From Prasinococcaceae sp. CCMP 1430 (Eukaryota; Plantae; Prasinodermophyta), in contig RQSC01000014.1 of NCBI GenBank assembly GCA_013416795.1, positions 112,302 through 176,301 on the forward strand: a stretch of 64,000 nt of DNA. Reading direction: 5' to 3'. Below, in pieces: positions 52,073-63,500 of this stretch. Numbering within the stretch: position 1 is the stretch's first letter; every line of letters begins with the position of its first letter. Below the pieces are notes generated by a model. The model was not told the DNA's origin. It did no database searches and saw only the letters and a list, made by a program, of their open reading frames with translations. Made by a program: the position numbers and the translations under genes.

Positions 52073-53728
52073 TCAGCCCTTCTTCTTGGGCGGTGGCGGG
52101 CGCATGCCCCCCGGCGGTAGCACGATGCCCGTGCCGCCGCTGCCGCCCGCTCCCACGCGGCTGAAGCCGCCGATCTCCGAGAAGTAGCCAGACTCGTCGC
52201 CTGCTTTGGCGCTGCGCATGCCCGGGAGCTGGTTGGGATTGGCGAGCTCGATGCCCTGCACGGGCGTGAAGGCGATCGACGACAGGCCGTGTGTGGCCGT
52301 GCCGGACCCGCCCGGCGCGAAGGTGGGGCCCTTGTACTTGCCCATCTGCTTGCGCTTCTCGAGCTTGGCGCCCAGCTTGGACGCCTTGGCCGTCACGCGC
52401 AGGCGTTTGTTGCCCTCGGTGCCCAGCATGCCCAGCCCCACCATCTCGTCGCCGTCGATGACCTCCTGCTCCTGCTTGCCAAAGGCGAGGCGGTTCTGCG
52501 CCTTGGCCATCTCGGTGGTGGCGTAGTTCTCCTTGCGCGCGCGCAGGCGCTTGCCGCCGCGTTTCTTGGCTGTCTTTTCTATGGGCGCGGGCAGCGCCTT
52601 GGCGACGCGCGCGGGCGCAGCCTCCTGCCACTTGTCCCCCTTGGCCTGCAGCTGAGCGAGCATGTCGCGGCCGGCTTCCCCCAGCGGCGACGAGCGGCTC
52701 GCGTCCACGCGTGCCATGAGCGTTGCCTTGCCGCTCAGCACGCGGAACGCCCGCGTGCGCAGAGAGGGCGGCACGCCCTGCACGAAGTCGCTGTGGAAGA
52801 TGAAGCCGACGTGCGGGTTGCTGCCGGCCGTCGCGTTGGTGGACAGGTACTGGCCCTGCATGCGCCCGCCCGACGCACCGCGCTGCTTGCTGCGCGCGTT
52901 GCCCAGGGTCTGCAGGTTGCCGGCCGGCATCCGCGCCAGCGCCTGCAGCGAGCCCGCGGCCGCGATCAGGTTGGATGCGACGGCCGAGCCGACGAGTGCG
53001 GTGAGGTTGGGCGCGATGCGGCAGAGGTTGTCGCTGATGAAGTCCACGATGCGCTTGCGCTGCTCGCCCAGAGCGAGCAGCTCGTCGGCGGCCGCCATCG
53101 TCTTGGCGAGTTGCTCCTCGGAGAGCCTCTCGCCCGCGGTGGTCGTTGCCGTCACGACGAGCACCATAGCGGTCGAGCTCGGCAGGATGGCCGAGAAGTC
53201 CAGGTCTGTGAGGTCGGTCTCGTTGCCGATGGCTTTGACCGTGCGCGCGTAGTCGAGCGGGTCCGTCACCAGCGACTCTAGCTCGCCGAACTTCGGCGCG
53301 TACAGCGAGGTGAGCAGGCCGTGCACAGTGAGCACCTCGGCGTCGACGTCGGCAAGCATGTCGTTGCACTGCGCGATGAGCGCGTACAGCGGCGCGTCGC
53401 TATCCAGGGGCGGCGGCGCAGCACCTGCGGCGGTAGCCGCGGCGGCACGCTTGCTCTCATCCTCGGCCGCCCCCAGCTTGGCTGCGAACGCACCGAACTT
53501 GGGCGACCGCAGCAGCGTCGCGAGCGACCCGAGCGAGCGCTGCGCGGCGGGCGCGGCGACAGCACGCAGCATCGCGGCGTCGCCACCGTCCTCACGCTCG
53601 TCCATGTCGTCGGCGTCGCCGACATCACCCGCCGCGGCCGCGTAGTCCTCCTCCTCCTCGTCCGAGAGCGCATCCAGGTCGTCCAGGAACGACGCTGGCA
53701 TGACGCCCGGCGGCTGCTGCTCGGCCAT
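52073..53728 (-). CDS. PRP31: U4/U6.U5 tri-snRNP protein PRP31
   Basis: SFLDDL..L, YAPKFGELESLV..PLDYARTVKAIGNE, IAPNLTALVGSAVA..L..AAG.L..LARMPA.N, KKRGGKRLRARKE, RLAFG..E, GTATHGLSSIAFTPVQGIELANP. Confidence 0.97.
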   Translation of the reverse strand: MAEQQPPGVMPASFLDDLDALSDEEEEDYAAAAGDVGDADDMDEREDGGDAAMLRAVAAPAAQRSLGSLATLLRSPKFGAFAAKLGAAEDESKRAAAATAAGAAPPPLDSDAPLYALIAQCNDMLADVDAEVLTVHGLLTSLYAPKFGELESLVTDPLDYARTVKAIGNETDLTDLDFSAILPSSTAMVLVVTATTTAGERLSEEQLAKTMAAADELLALGEQRKRIVDFISDNLCRIAPNLTALVGSAVASNLIAAAGSLQALARMPAGNLQTLGNARSKQRGASGGRMQGQYLSTNATAGSNPHVGFIFHSDFVQGVPPSLRTRAFRVLSGKATLMARVDASRSSPLGEAGRDMLAQLQAKGDKWQEAAPARVAKALPAPIEKTAKKRGGKRLRARKENYATTEMAKAQNRLAFGKQEQEVIDGDEMVGLGMLGTEGNKRLRVTAKASKLGAKLEKRKQMGKYKGPTFAPGGSGTATHGLSSIAFTPVQGIELANPNQLPGMRSAKAGDESGYFSEIGGFSRVGAGGSGGTGIVLPPGGMRPPPPKKKG

Positions 53729-54132
53729 CGCCGCACCCCGCGCGCCGCCGCCGAGCCTCGCGGCAGCGCGCACCGCTGGACGGTCAGGGTCAGGGTCAGG
53801 AGAAGCGGCGGGAGGCCCGAGCGCCCCGACCCACGGCGCGCGCGACGGCTGAAGCAGTATCTCGACCACAGAGAGTGAGGAACGTCATGTCGAACAGCGC
53901 AACGTCTGACTCAGCGCCGAGCTCTGCGAGCAGCACAGAGCTGGCGCCCTCGGACGACGACCTGGGGGAAAATGGCAGCGAAAGAGACGCGTGCCGCGCG
54001 CACTCGCGTACGAGCAGCCTGAGCAGTGCGGCGTGCACCGAGTGTCCCATTTGCTCGGAACCCTTGCGCATCGCGCAGGCAATGCCTCCTCTCAGAGGCA
54101 ACGACGGCCGTGGAGGCGACGGCCAGCGTGNG

Positions 54133-56250
54133 AGCGCCAGCGCGCTGGCGGCGCCACGCGCGCCGCGCCGCGCGTCGTGTGCGCACTGCCACTCGGCGTC
54201 GCGGCAGCCGCTGGCGTGGACGCGCTCGCGCAGCTTGCCGCCGCATGCGAGGCACATGCGCAAGGCCCTAACGTGGGGGGCATGGTGGCCGAGCGCGACG
54301 CAGGCGCGCCCGCCTCCGCCCCAGCGCTCGCGCTGGACGCCGCCACCGTGAGCAGCGCGCGCCTCCGTGCGCGCTTCACGCTGCTTTCGCCCGACCCGAC
54401 GGATGTGCTCGCGGTGCTGGACGCAGCGTCGGTGGCAGACGTGGTGCTGCTCGTGGTGGACGCGCCGGGCGCCAGTGAACTCTCGCACAAGACGGGCGCC
54501 GCTGCCGCAGAGAATGTGTGCGTGGTGAGCGAGGCCGTGCGCCCAGCGCTGCGCGCGCTCTGTGCACAGGGCGTGCCCGCGCTCGCCGTCGCGCTGCGCG
54601 GACTTGCGGCACTGCCGCCCACGCAGCGCAACACGAGCAAAAAGGCGGCGCTGGCGGCACTCGCGCGGGACGCAGTCCTTGGCGAACCCGACAAGGCTTT
54701 CCCCGCCGACACGGCAGCCGACTGGCAGCTCGCCGCGCGCGCACTCTCCGAGCTGCGTCCTCGGCCGCCCGCGTGGCGCTGCGGAGGACGCGCGTACGTG
54801 CTCGCGCACAGGGTGGGCTTCGAGGCCGGCGCCACGGCGGTGGCGGAGGGCGCTGACGCGCCGCCGGCGGACGCGGCGGTGGGCACGCTCGTGTTGGAGG
54901 GGTACGTGCGCGGTGCCGACATGCACGCCGGGCAGCTCGTGCACGTGCAGGGTGCCGGCGACTTTGCAGTCACGAGCGTGGATGCCGCCGACGAGCCGGA
55001 GGGAGCGGCAGGGGCGGCGCAGCGCAAGTCGGGGGGCGACGTCGCCATGGGCGGCGGTGCGGGCGCGGGGGGTGGCACCTGCGGGGGCGATAGGGTGTTG
55101 AGCGTCCCGTCCTCATCGAACCGCCACCTGCTGATGGTGGAGAATGAGTACGATGAGTTGCAGAACGAGCAGACGTGGCCGACGGCGGAGGAGCTTGAGG
55201 CCGCCGACCGCGAAGCCGCGGCGCGATCGCAGGGGCGGCGGCGAGTGCCCAAGGGCACGAGCTCGTACCAGGCGCCTTGGCTACTGTACGAGGAGGGAGA
55301 CGAGGAGGGCGGCGCCGACGGCATGGACGACCATATGGGCGGGATGGAGGAGGATGGTGTTGAGTCTGAGCCGGAGGAGCTCGTGTCTGAGCCCGAGGAC
55401 GACGGGGTGGGCGCGGGCGGCGGCGGAGACGCCGACGGCATGGTCACCGATGGCGAGCTGCGGGAGTCGGCGGAGCGTGTCGCGGCCGCGCACGCTGCGC
55501 GTGCCGCCGAGCTCGCCGAGCGGCGTGCGTTGGCCGAGGCAGGTGAGGCGGAGTACCCCGACGAGGTGGACGCTCCGCTCGACCGCCCGGCGCGCCACCG
55601 CTTTCAGAAGTACCGCGGCCTCAGATCCATGCGCACTGGCGAGTGGGACCCGAAGGAGATGCTTCCGCTCGAGTACGGGCGCATCTTTTCGTTCCGCTCT
55701 TTCGCGCAGGCCCGCGCGCGCGCACAGAAGGAGGCCGCAGCGCTCATCGATGGCGAGCCCTCGGCGGCGGAGCAGCAGGAGGACGGCGACAGCATGACTG
55801 ATGGTGCCGCGGCTGGCGCACACGTGTCTCCCGGCACGTTCGTGCGCATCCGCGTGGCCAACGTGCCCGCTTCGGCCGCACAGGCGCTCGTGGAGGCCGT
55901 TTGCGGCGGCGCAGAGGGCGTGGCAGCCGTGCAGGCGGGCGCGCTGGCGCCAGCGCGCGAGTGCCTCGTATGCGTGGCACTGCTCAACCACGAGACAAAA
56001 GTGAGCGTCGCGCACTTCCGTGTGACCAAGGCGCGCGGCTGCTCTTACCCCCTGGCGTCCAAGCAGGTGCTCTACGTGCGCTGCGGCTTCCGTCGCTTCG
56101 TGACGCGCCCCATCTTCAGCGACGACGGGCTGCGTTCAGACAAGCACCGCTACCTGCGTTTTCTCCCGCAGCACGGCACGGCTGTGGCCACGTGCTACAT
56201 GCCTATCTCCTTCCCCTCAATGCCCGTGCTGGCGTTCGCGCCGCGCGACG
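54133..56250 (+). CDS. TSR1: Pre-rRNA processing factor TSR1 (N-terminus lost at single N 54132; C-terminal ~100 aa absent)
   Basis: APRVV.ALPL, AARP2CN-like GYVRG......LVHVQG.GDF, NEQTWPT.EEL, VPKGTSSYQA.W, YPDEVDAP....AR.RFQKYRGLRS.RT..WDPKE.LP..Y.RIF, LLNHETK.SV, GFRRF.TRPIFS, K.RY.RF. Confidence 0.88.
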
Positions 56251-57240
56251 CGGCCGCCGAGGCAAAGCTCGCCAAGAAGTGCGAGCTCTACCGCGCGCTC
56301 TCGAGGAAGGTGCTCAGCGCGGCTGCGGCAGGCGCGCGGTCGGAGGCGGCGTGGGCGGCCGCGGGCTCGCTCGCCGAGCTCAATCCGGACTGCTACACGG
56401 CGTGGGCGCTGCGCAAGCGCTGCCACCTCGCGCTCGTGCACGCCAACTCCGACGCCGAGCGCACGCTCGTCGCCGATGAGAAGAGGCTCACCGAAGCCGC
56501 GCTGCGGCGCAACCCCAAGGCATACTCCGCATGGCTGCACCGCCGCTGGCTTTCCGCACGCACGCTGGCCGCCGGCGATGCTGCGCGCGAGCTGCTGCTC
56601 TGCAATGCCATGCTTGACGCCGACGAGCGCAACTTCCACTGCTGGGGCTACAGACGCTTCGTGGTGTCGCTCGCGTCGGGGGAGGTGGGTGGAGGCCCGG
56701 GCGCGACAGACAGCGGCGAGCCCACCGCTGCGAGCGAGCTCGCGTACGCTCGCCGGCGCATCGCGGCAAATTTCTCGAACTACTCGGCGTGGCACGCGCG
56801 GTCGGCCAACCTCACGGAGCTCGAAGCCAGCACTGCGGGAGGCGGGGGCGAGGACAACGCGGTGGACGTCGACGCCGAATTCGAGCTCGTGAAGGGCGCG
56901 TTCTTCACAGATCCGGAGGACCAGAGCGCATTTTTTTACTATCGCTGGCTCATAGGGCGCACCCTGCGTGCCGCAGCTGTGGGCGCGAGCGGCACGTCGG
57001 CGGGCATCGCCGCGGAGGTGCTCGAGCGTGAGGTGGCGTCGATTCGCGAGCTACTCGAGATGGAGCCCGACTCGAAGTGGGCGTCGCTCACGCTCGCTCG
57101 GCTGCAGGCCGCGCGCGCGGCGCTCCCCGGCTGCGACGAGCGCGAGGCGCAAGCCATGAAGGCCGAGACCGCGCGCTTGCTGGACGGGCTCGCGCGAAGC
57201 GACCCCATGCGCGCAGGCTACTACGCTTCCTCCGCGGAGG
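56251..57240 (+). CDS. RGTA: Rab geranylgeranyltransferase alpha subunit (PPTA repeats), in frame with TSR1 and lacking its own N-terminus
   Basis: LNPDCYTAWALRK, ALRRNPKAYSAWLHRRW, LDADERNFHCWGYRRFVV, NFSNYSAWHARS, AFFTDPEDQSAFFYYRWL, ELLEMEPDSKW, DPMRAGYY. Confidence 0.88.
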
Positions 57241-57620
57241 CGCCGTGGGAGAGCCAGGCCGCGGCGCTTTGCGGGGACAGCACGAGCGCCGGGGCGCAGC
57301 GGGGTCGAGGCTCGAACAGCACCGTCGCAACCAAAGGCGTCAATGGCGCCGTGCCGAGCTTCGAGCAGCGCGAGGCTGTTCGCCGCAGGCTTGCAGCCAA
57401 CATCGAGGCCATGGTGTTCTTCTCGCCGGCGGGCGGCGCCGCTGGCGGGGACGGCGCGCCCGCGCCGGGCGCTGACAACAACAACGCGTACCGCGACGCC
57501 TCCAACGCCGACGTGGAAGCCGAGGCGCGCGACATCGAGGCGATGGCCGCCCTCGGCGCCGCGTCCTCCGGCGGTGGCTACACCGCCGCGATCGCCGCCG
57601 ACGCCGCACGCGCCGTCGCG

Positions 57621-57681
57621 NNNNNNNNNNNNNNNNNNNNNNNNNNNNNNNNNNNNNNNNNNNNNNNNNNNNNNNNNNNNN
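57621..57681. other. Assembly gap
   Basis: N run. Confidence 0.99.
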
Positions 57682-57699
57682 GCGGCTGAGACTGGGGCG

Positions 57700-59598
57700 G
57701 CGGCGGCGAAGGCGGCGGCGGCGGCGGCGAAGGCGGCGGCGGCGGGGGGCCCTTCACGCGGGTGCTGCGGTGGAGCAACCTCTACGAGAGTGCGCCGATG
57801 TACAAGACCGACCAGGGCGCCTTCCTGAATGCGGCTGTCCTGGTGGAGACCAACTTACCGCCGCACGTGCTGCTGACGCTGATCAAGCGCATCGAGGCCG
57901 ACGCCGGCCGCGACTTCGGCGGTGAGCGCTTCGGCCCGCGCGTCGTCGACCTCGACATCGCGACCTACGGCGACCGCCGGCTGTGGACGCACCGCCTCGA
58001 GGTGCCGCACGAGAGATTGCACGAGAGGGACTTCGTGCTCGCACCGCTCAACGATCTGAGGCTCGGGAGCCTGCCTGAGCAACAGCGAGGCGACCTGTTC
58101 CGCCCCTTCGCAGCCCGTGCCACAGCCAGCGCGCGCGATGCCTCACGGGCGCAGTCCCCATTCCTGTGGGAGGCGGAGGAGTGCGAGGCGCTCGGCCGCG
58201 TCGCGCACGCATGGCAGCGGGCCGGGGGCGAGCTCCGCGGCGTCGGTGGTGCCGGGCTGCGCCGCGTTGTGCCGTTGGGGGGCGTGATGTGGGCGCACGA
58301 GGAGCAGCCGCTCGTTATGGGTGTTCTCAACCTCACGCCGGACAGCTTTTCGGACGGCGGCAAGCCGCCCTCGCACGGAGTGGCTGCAGCGCTCGCCCAC
58401 GCCCACGCGCTGGCAGACCGCGGGGCGAGCGTCATTGACATAGGTGGGCAGTCCACACGGCCCGGGGCCGAGCGCGTCTCTCCCGACGAGGAGGCTGCGC
58501 GAATACTACCTGCAGTCAAGGTGCGGGCGCGGCCGAGGCGGCAACCATGCGCGCGCGCGCGTGCTCGCCCTCGCATGCGCTCGTGTTAGGCGGGTAGAGA
58601 GGGATCTGACACTGCCTCTCTTTCGTACGTGTACCGCATGGCCTCTCTCGCGAGCCCAGGCAATCGCCGCCGACCCACGGCTGGCCTCAGTGGGCGTGAC
58701 GGTGTCGGTGGACACCTTCTACGCGTCCGTCGCACAGGCAGCCATTGACGCGGGCGCACACATCATCAACGATGTCAGCGGCGGGCGCTTCGACCCGAAG
58801 ATGTTTGCCACCCTCGCCAAAAACCCCAACGTGGCGTACTGCCTCATGCACTCTCGCGCGGATCCGAAGACCATGCAGCAGCCTGACAACCTGGTCTACA
58901 GCGCCGGGGTGGTCAGCGGCGTGGCTGAGGAACTTCAGTCCGCCGCGCTGCGCGCGCACGCAGCAGGCGTGTCGCCGTGGCAGCTGTGGCTAGACCCAGG
59001 CGTGGGCTTCGCCAAGACACACACACAGTGCGCTGAGCTCACCGCAGGCGTGGATGCGCTGCGCGCGCGGCTGCGCGGCGGCGCGCTCCAGCGCGCGCCG
59101 GTGCTGGTTGGCGCTTCGAGGAAGGGCTTCCTCAACACCGCAGCAGGTGGAGCTCTGCCCCGGCCGGACACGCGCGACGCAGCCAGCGGCGCAGCATCGG
59201 CCATCGCGGCGGCTGCGGGTGCAAACGTGCTCAGGATGCACGATGCGGCGGAGGGTGCCAGCGCGGTCGCGGTCGGAGCGTTCGTGCGTCGCGCACAGCG
59301 CAGTGCGGCGAAGGCGGCGGCGGTCGGGCGCCCAGGCGCCGCTGACGGCGGCGTGGCGCGCGCCACGTTGCGCGAATGTGGCGCGTTCGACGCGCTCGAC
59401 GAGAGTGCCGAGGCAGACCCCTTCGAGGGCGACGACGAGGGCGATGCGCCTACTATCGACGGCGAGGCAGTATATGACGATTCCACGGGCGTGGACAGCC
59501 TCGACGAGGATGGAGACGATTGGGATCGCGACGATGACCTGGACGCTATGGAGTTCGAGGACGATGTTCCGGACGACAGTTTCAAACAGCGCCCCTGA
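57700..59598 (+). CDS. Bifunctional HPPK-dihydropteroate synthase (folate synthesis); N-terminus in gap; intron 58521-58659
   Basis: HPPK: SNLYESAP..TDQ..FLNAAV, GPRVVDLDI, VPHERL.ERDFVL.PL. DHPS: VMGVLNLTPDSFSDGG, DIGGQSTRPGA, SVDTF, INDVSGG, LMHSR, LDPGVGFAK, GASRKGFL, LRMHD. Confidence 0.96.
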
Positions 59599-59749
59599 CT
59601 CTCCGCTCGGGCTGCCCGCTCTGCGGTCGGCTAATAATACTTCTACGGGCATGCGATACCACCTCTAGCTAGCTGATAGCTACTCATCGCGCGGCGTGCA
59701 AGCCGGTGCGTTTGCAGTGCTGCACAGCGCCCCCTCACGCGCATGCGCG

Positions 59750-60398
59750 TCACTCGAGGGCCTTCTCGAGCAGCGCACGCCGCCGCCGCCCACCGAAGAG
59801 TGCGGCGGGCATCCCATCCTCTCCGACCTTGACGAAGCCGCAGCTCGCGTACAGCGCCTCCGCTGGCGTGTCATCCACGCGCACGTGCAGGTTGAGCCGC
59901 GCGCAGCCCCGCGCCGCCGCAAGCGCCGCTCCCTCGGCCACCAGCGCTCGCGCGACACCCTTGCGGCGATGCTTCGGGGCGACCTGCTCGCGTTGCACAC
60001 GCGCGGTTGTCAGCACAAAGCAACACGCACGCATGGCACGCGCGTGCGCATGGGCGCATGCGTGCGCGCCCTCACCGCCATGTTGCTAAGGTACGCCGCG
60101 CCGGCGTCGGGGGGCAGCAGGCCGTCGGCCTCGTCAAGCGCCTTGTTCTGCCCGAGCCAGCCGGCGGAGGAATACCCCATCACAGCAACTCCAGTGATGA
60201 CGTCCGTGGCACTGTCCGTCGCGACGATCACGTCGCAATTCTCGTTCGCCACAGCATCAGCCAGAAAGACCTTGAGCGCGGCGAGCGGCTGCGCCTCGGG
60301 CGAGCCCGCAAATGAGCGCGCGATCGTCACGGCGCAGCCGGCGACGTCGCCCGCGCCGGCGGCGCGCACTACGGGNCGCGCGGCGGGCGCGCGCGCAT
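59750..60398 (-). CDS. GNAT-family acetyltransferase (RimI-like); intron 60075-59984
   Basis: Spliced AYLSNMA/VAPKHRRKGVARALV...LNLHV...DTPAEALYASCGF (acetyl-CoA motifs A and B). Confidence 0.88.
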
Positions 60399-60538
60399 GC
60401 GTTTCGATGGCGACGACGGCCGCCGCGCGGCGGAGCAGGGACCGCAGACCCCCCCCTCCCGCACGCACGCACACACGCCGCCGCGACAGGACCGCATGGC
60501 GCCCGCCTCTCGCCGCAGCGGGGAGCGAGGCAGGCGCG

Positions 60539-63500
60539 ATGGATGTGGACGCGCTCGAGGCGGAGCTCGCGGCGGCGATCGAGGCCACGCTGCAGAGGCA
60601 GGTGCGTGGGCCCACCAGGAGGGTCGCGCGGGGCAGAAGCGCGGCTGCCGCGCATTGCGTGGGCGCAAAGGAGTGTGTGTGGGGGTGTGGAGGGAGGGCA
60701 GGGTTGAGAGGGGGCGGTCGCGCGACTCACCGGCACGAGAAGGCGCTCCCGACCCTATGATTTGCAACCTCTGCGCGTCGCCCCATCCTCCTACATCCCA
60801 TTCACACGCGGCGCGCGCGCCGCCGCGTTCGCTGACACCGACCGGACTCTCACCGGCCGTCGCGATCCGCGCTCTCGCTGCACGTGCAGGTGGGCGACAG
60901 CCGCGAGCGCTCACCGAGCCACGAGCGCACGCCGACGTCAATAGCGCGCGTCGTGGAGGCGGCCGAGGCCTTCAGGGGCAACGATGTCGCATCCCCGACT
61001 GCCGCGGGGCGGGAGGCCTTCGCGCCAGCTGACCTGGCCGTGAACGGGCCGTCAGCCGCCCTCACTGTCAAGGCGGCGGTCAGCCCTACGTCGCGCCTCG
61101 ATCGACGCCGGGCTGCGCGCGCCGAGGCTGCACGCGTTGCCGAGCTTGAGGGCGTTACAACAAGCCAGGCCCTCACCATTGCGAGCCTTCAGGGCAAGAT
61201 CCAGGACCTGGAGAGCCGCTTTCACGCGAGCGAGCTTTCGGCCACGCGCGCTCGTGACGATGTCGTGCGTATGGAGGGCGAGATGCGCGCCGCGACGAGC
61301 GCGGCGTCGGCGGCCGAGCGCTCGTCGGCGGCCATCGCGCGCGATGCGGCCGCTGACAAGGAGAGGCTCACATTCGAGGCGTCCGAGCTCGAAGCGGTGC
61401 TCGCGTCAGAGCGCGCGGCAGCGGCGGCGGCAGCGAGCGCGCACGGCCGAGAGCGCGCACAGCTCGAGGCCGATTTCGACGCGGAGCGCCGAACCTTCCA
61501 GGCGGAGCTCGCCTCGACTGCCAGTCACGCGGAAGCTAACGGGCGTCGCGCGTCGAAGGCTGAAAGCGAGGCAGAAGACTTGCGGGCCGCGGCGCAGCAG
61601 GCGCAGTCTCAGCTGGCGCAGACGCAAACTTCCCTCGCCGACCGGGAGAGCGAGCTAGCCGCCTCTGAGGCGCGCCGCCTCGAGCTTGAGCGCGACGTGC
61701 GCGCGCTCAAGGAGGAAGCCGGAGCCGCGCGCGCAACGTCGCGTGCAGCTGTCGAACAGAGTGCAGCTGAGGCGGAGGCGTCGCAGTCCGAGATGCGCGA
61801 GCTGTGCGAGCGGCATGCGCAGGAAGTCGCCCAGGCAGTTAGCCTCCGCGAGGAGCTCGCCGCACGCCTCGAAACCACCGAGGCCAAGCTCGCCGAATTG
61901 GCCGAGGCCTATGAGGACGAGTGTGGGCCGGACATCAAGGCCGAGACCGAACGCCGCGTGGCAAACGCGCTGGGTGCGCAGCGTGAGGCGGTCAACGAAG
62001 TTGCCGCTGCGCGAGCAGAACTCGCGTCGCGCCGTGCAGCAGTTGATAGCGCGCAGGCGGCGTTGGCCCACCACGCGCGCACGGGCGGCGCGGAGCTTGC
62101 AGCGGTGGAGCGCGCGCTCGAGGCTGCGGCGCTAGGCAGCATCCCTGGGGTGGACGCAGCAGGCGAAGACGATATTATTGGCGCGCTGAGCGGTGCTTTG
62201 GAAACCATTCCGCAAGAATCCGCGCTCACGGGCGAGCTGGGCCGCGCCATCTCGGGTGTGGCAGCGGCGGCGCGGGGGTGCTGCGAAGCGCTGGCAAGTG
62301 CAAGGCGGACGGCCGCCGCGCGCGTGACCGAGGCTGAGGCGCTTGCGCAAAACCTGCGCGAATTGGAAGAGGACCGCAGCACGAAGGCGCGGGCGGCACT
62401 CGACGCGCAGCGGGCTGCTATCGAGCACGAGGCGGAGGGAAGACGGGCGCGCGACGATGCGGCCGCCGCCATGGCGACTGCGGACGATCTCGCTGCTGAG
62501 ATCGAATGGCAGCGCAAAGCGCTCGCGCAGGAATCCGCGGAGGCACGGGCGGCAGTCGAGGACGCCGCCAGGGAGCTGCTTGCCGTACAGGTTCCCGCGA
62601 GCGCGCGTGGCGCCACCGCGGTTGCTGCGGCCACACGCACCACGGTGCCTACCGATGCACCGTGGGCGGTCCTCAATGCCTTCCTCAAGGAACAAGCACA
62701 GCGAACTGCTGCGGTGGTTGCAACTCTTGTCGAGCAGCTTGGTACCGCGGAGGCGCGCGTGATGCGCGCGGCCCGGGTTGCCGAGGAGGAACGCGCAGAG
62801 CGCGCAGCCATAGCGGAGAAAAGAGCAGCCTCCGAGGACGCGCTGCAGGCAGCGCACAACGAGGCGAGCGATTTGCGCGAGGCAATGGAGGCCCAAGTGG
62901 AAGCTTTTGAACGCGCAATGCAGCAGGCGGCGGGCGAAGCGAGCAAGCGCCTCGAGACAGAGCGTGCGAATGCGGCCGAGGCGCGCGTAGATGTGGAGAA
63001 GAGCGCCGCAGCAGCCAAGGAGGTCGCTCGAAGGCTGGCAGGCGCCTCGCAGGCCCTCCTACGGTGGGCTGGGCCGGCGAGCTCCGCTCTGAGCTCGCTG
63101 CGCTCCCAGAAGCTTTTCCTCGTGCGCGAGGCGCGCCGCGCCGGAGACCGCGAGCGCGCTGCAATCGAGGCACTGCGGGAGGTTATGAACGCTGCGTCGC
63201 CTGCAAGCGGCGACGAAGGCACGGATGCCGCATCGAGCGATGGCGATGCTGCCGAAACGGACGCAACACCAAAGAGGGAGGCTGCCGCCGAAACTCGTCC
63301 GCGCGTGCGTGGTGTGAGTCGCTTTCGCGCGTGCGTCCTTGCTGTCCTCGGCTCGCGGCGGATGCTGCGCTGCCTCTCCGAGCGCTCGCAGCGCGGTGGG
63401 GGTGCGCAGGTGTCGACCGTGCGGGGCGGCGAGCGGGTGGCGATGCTTCCAGCGTGCGCCGCTGAGGCTCTGCCCACCGATGAGAAGCTGTTGTCGCTCG

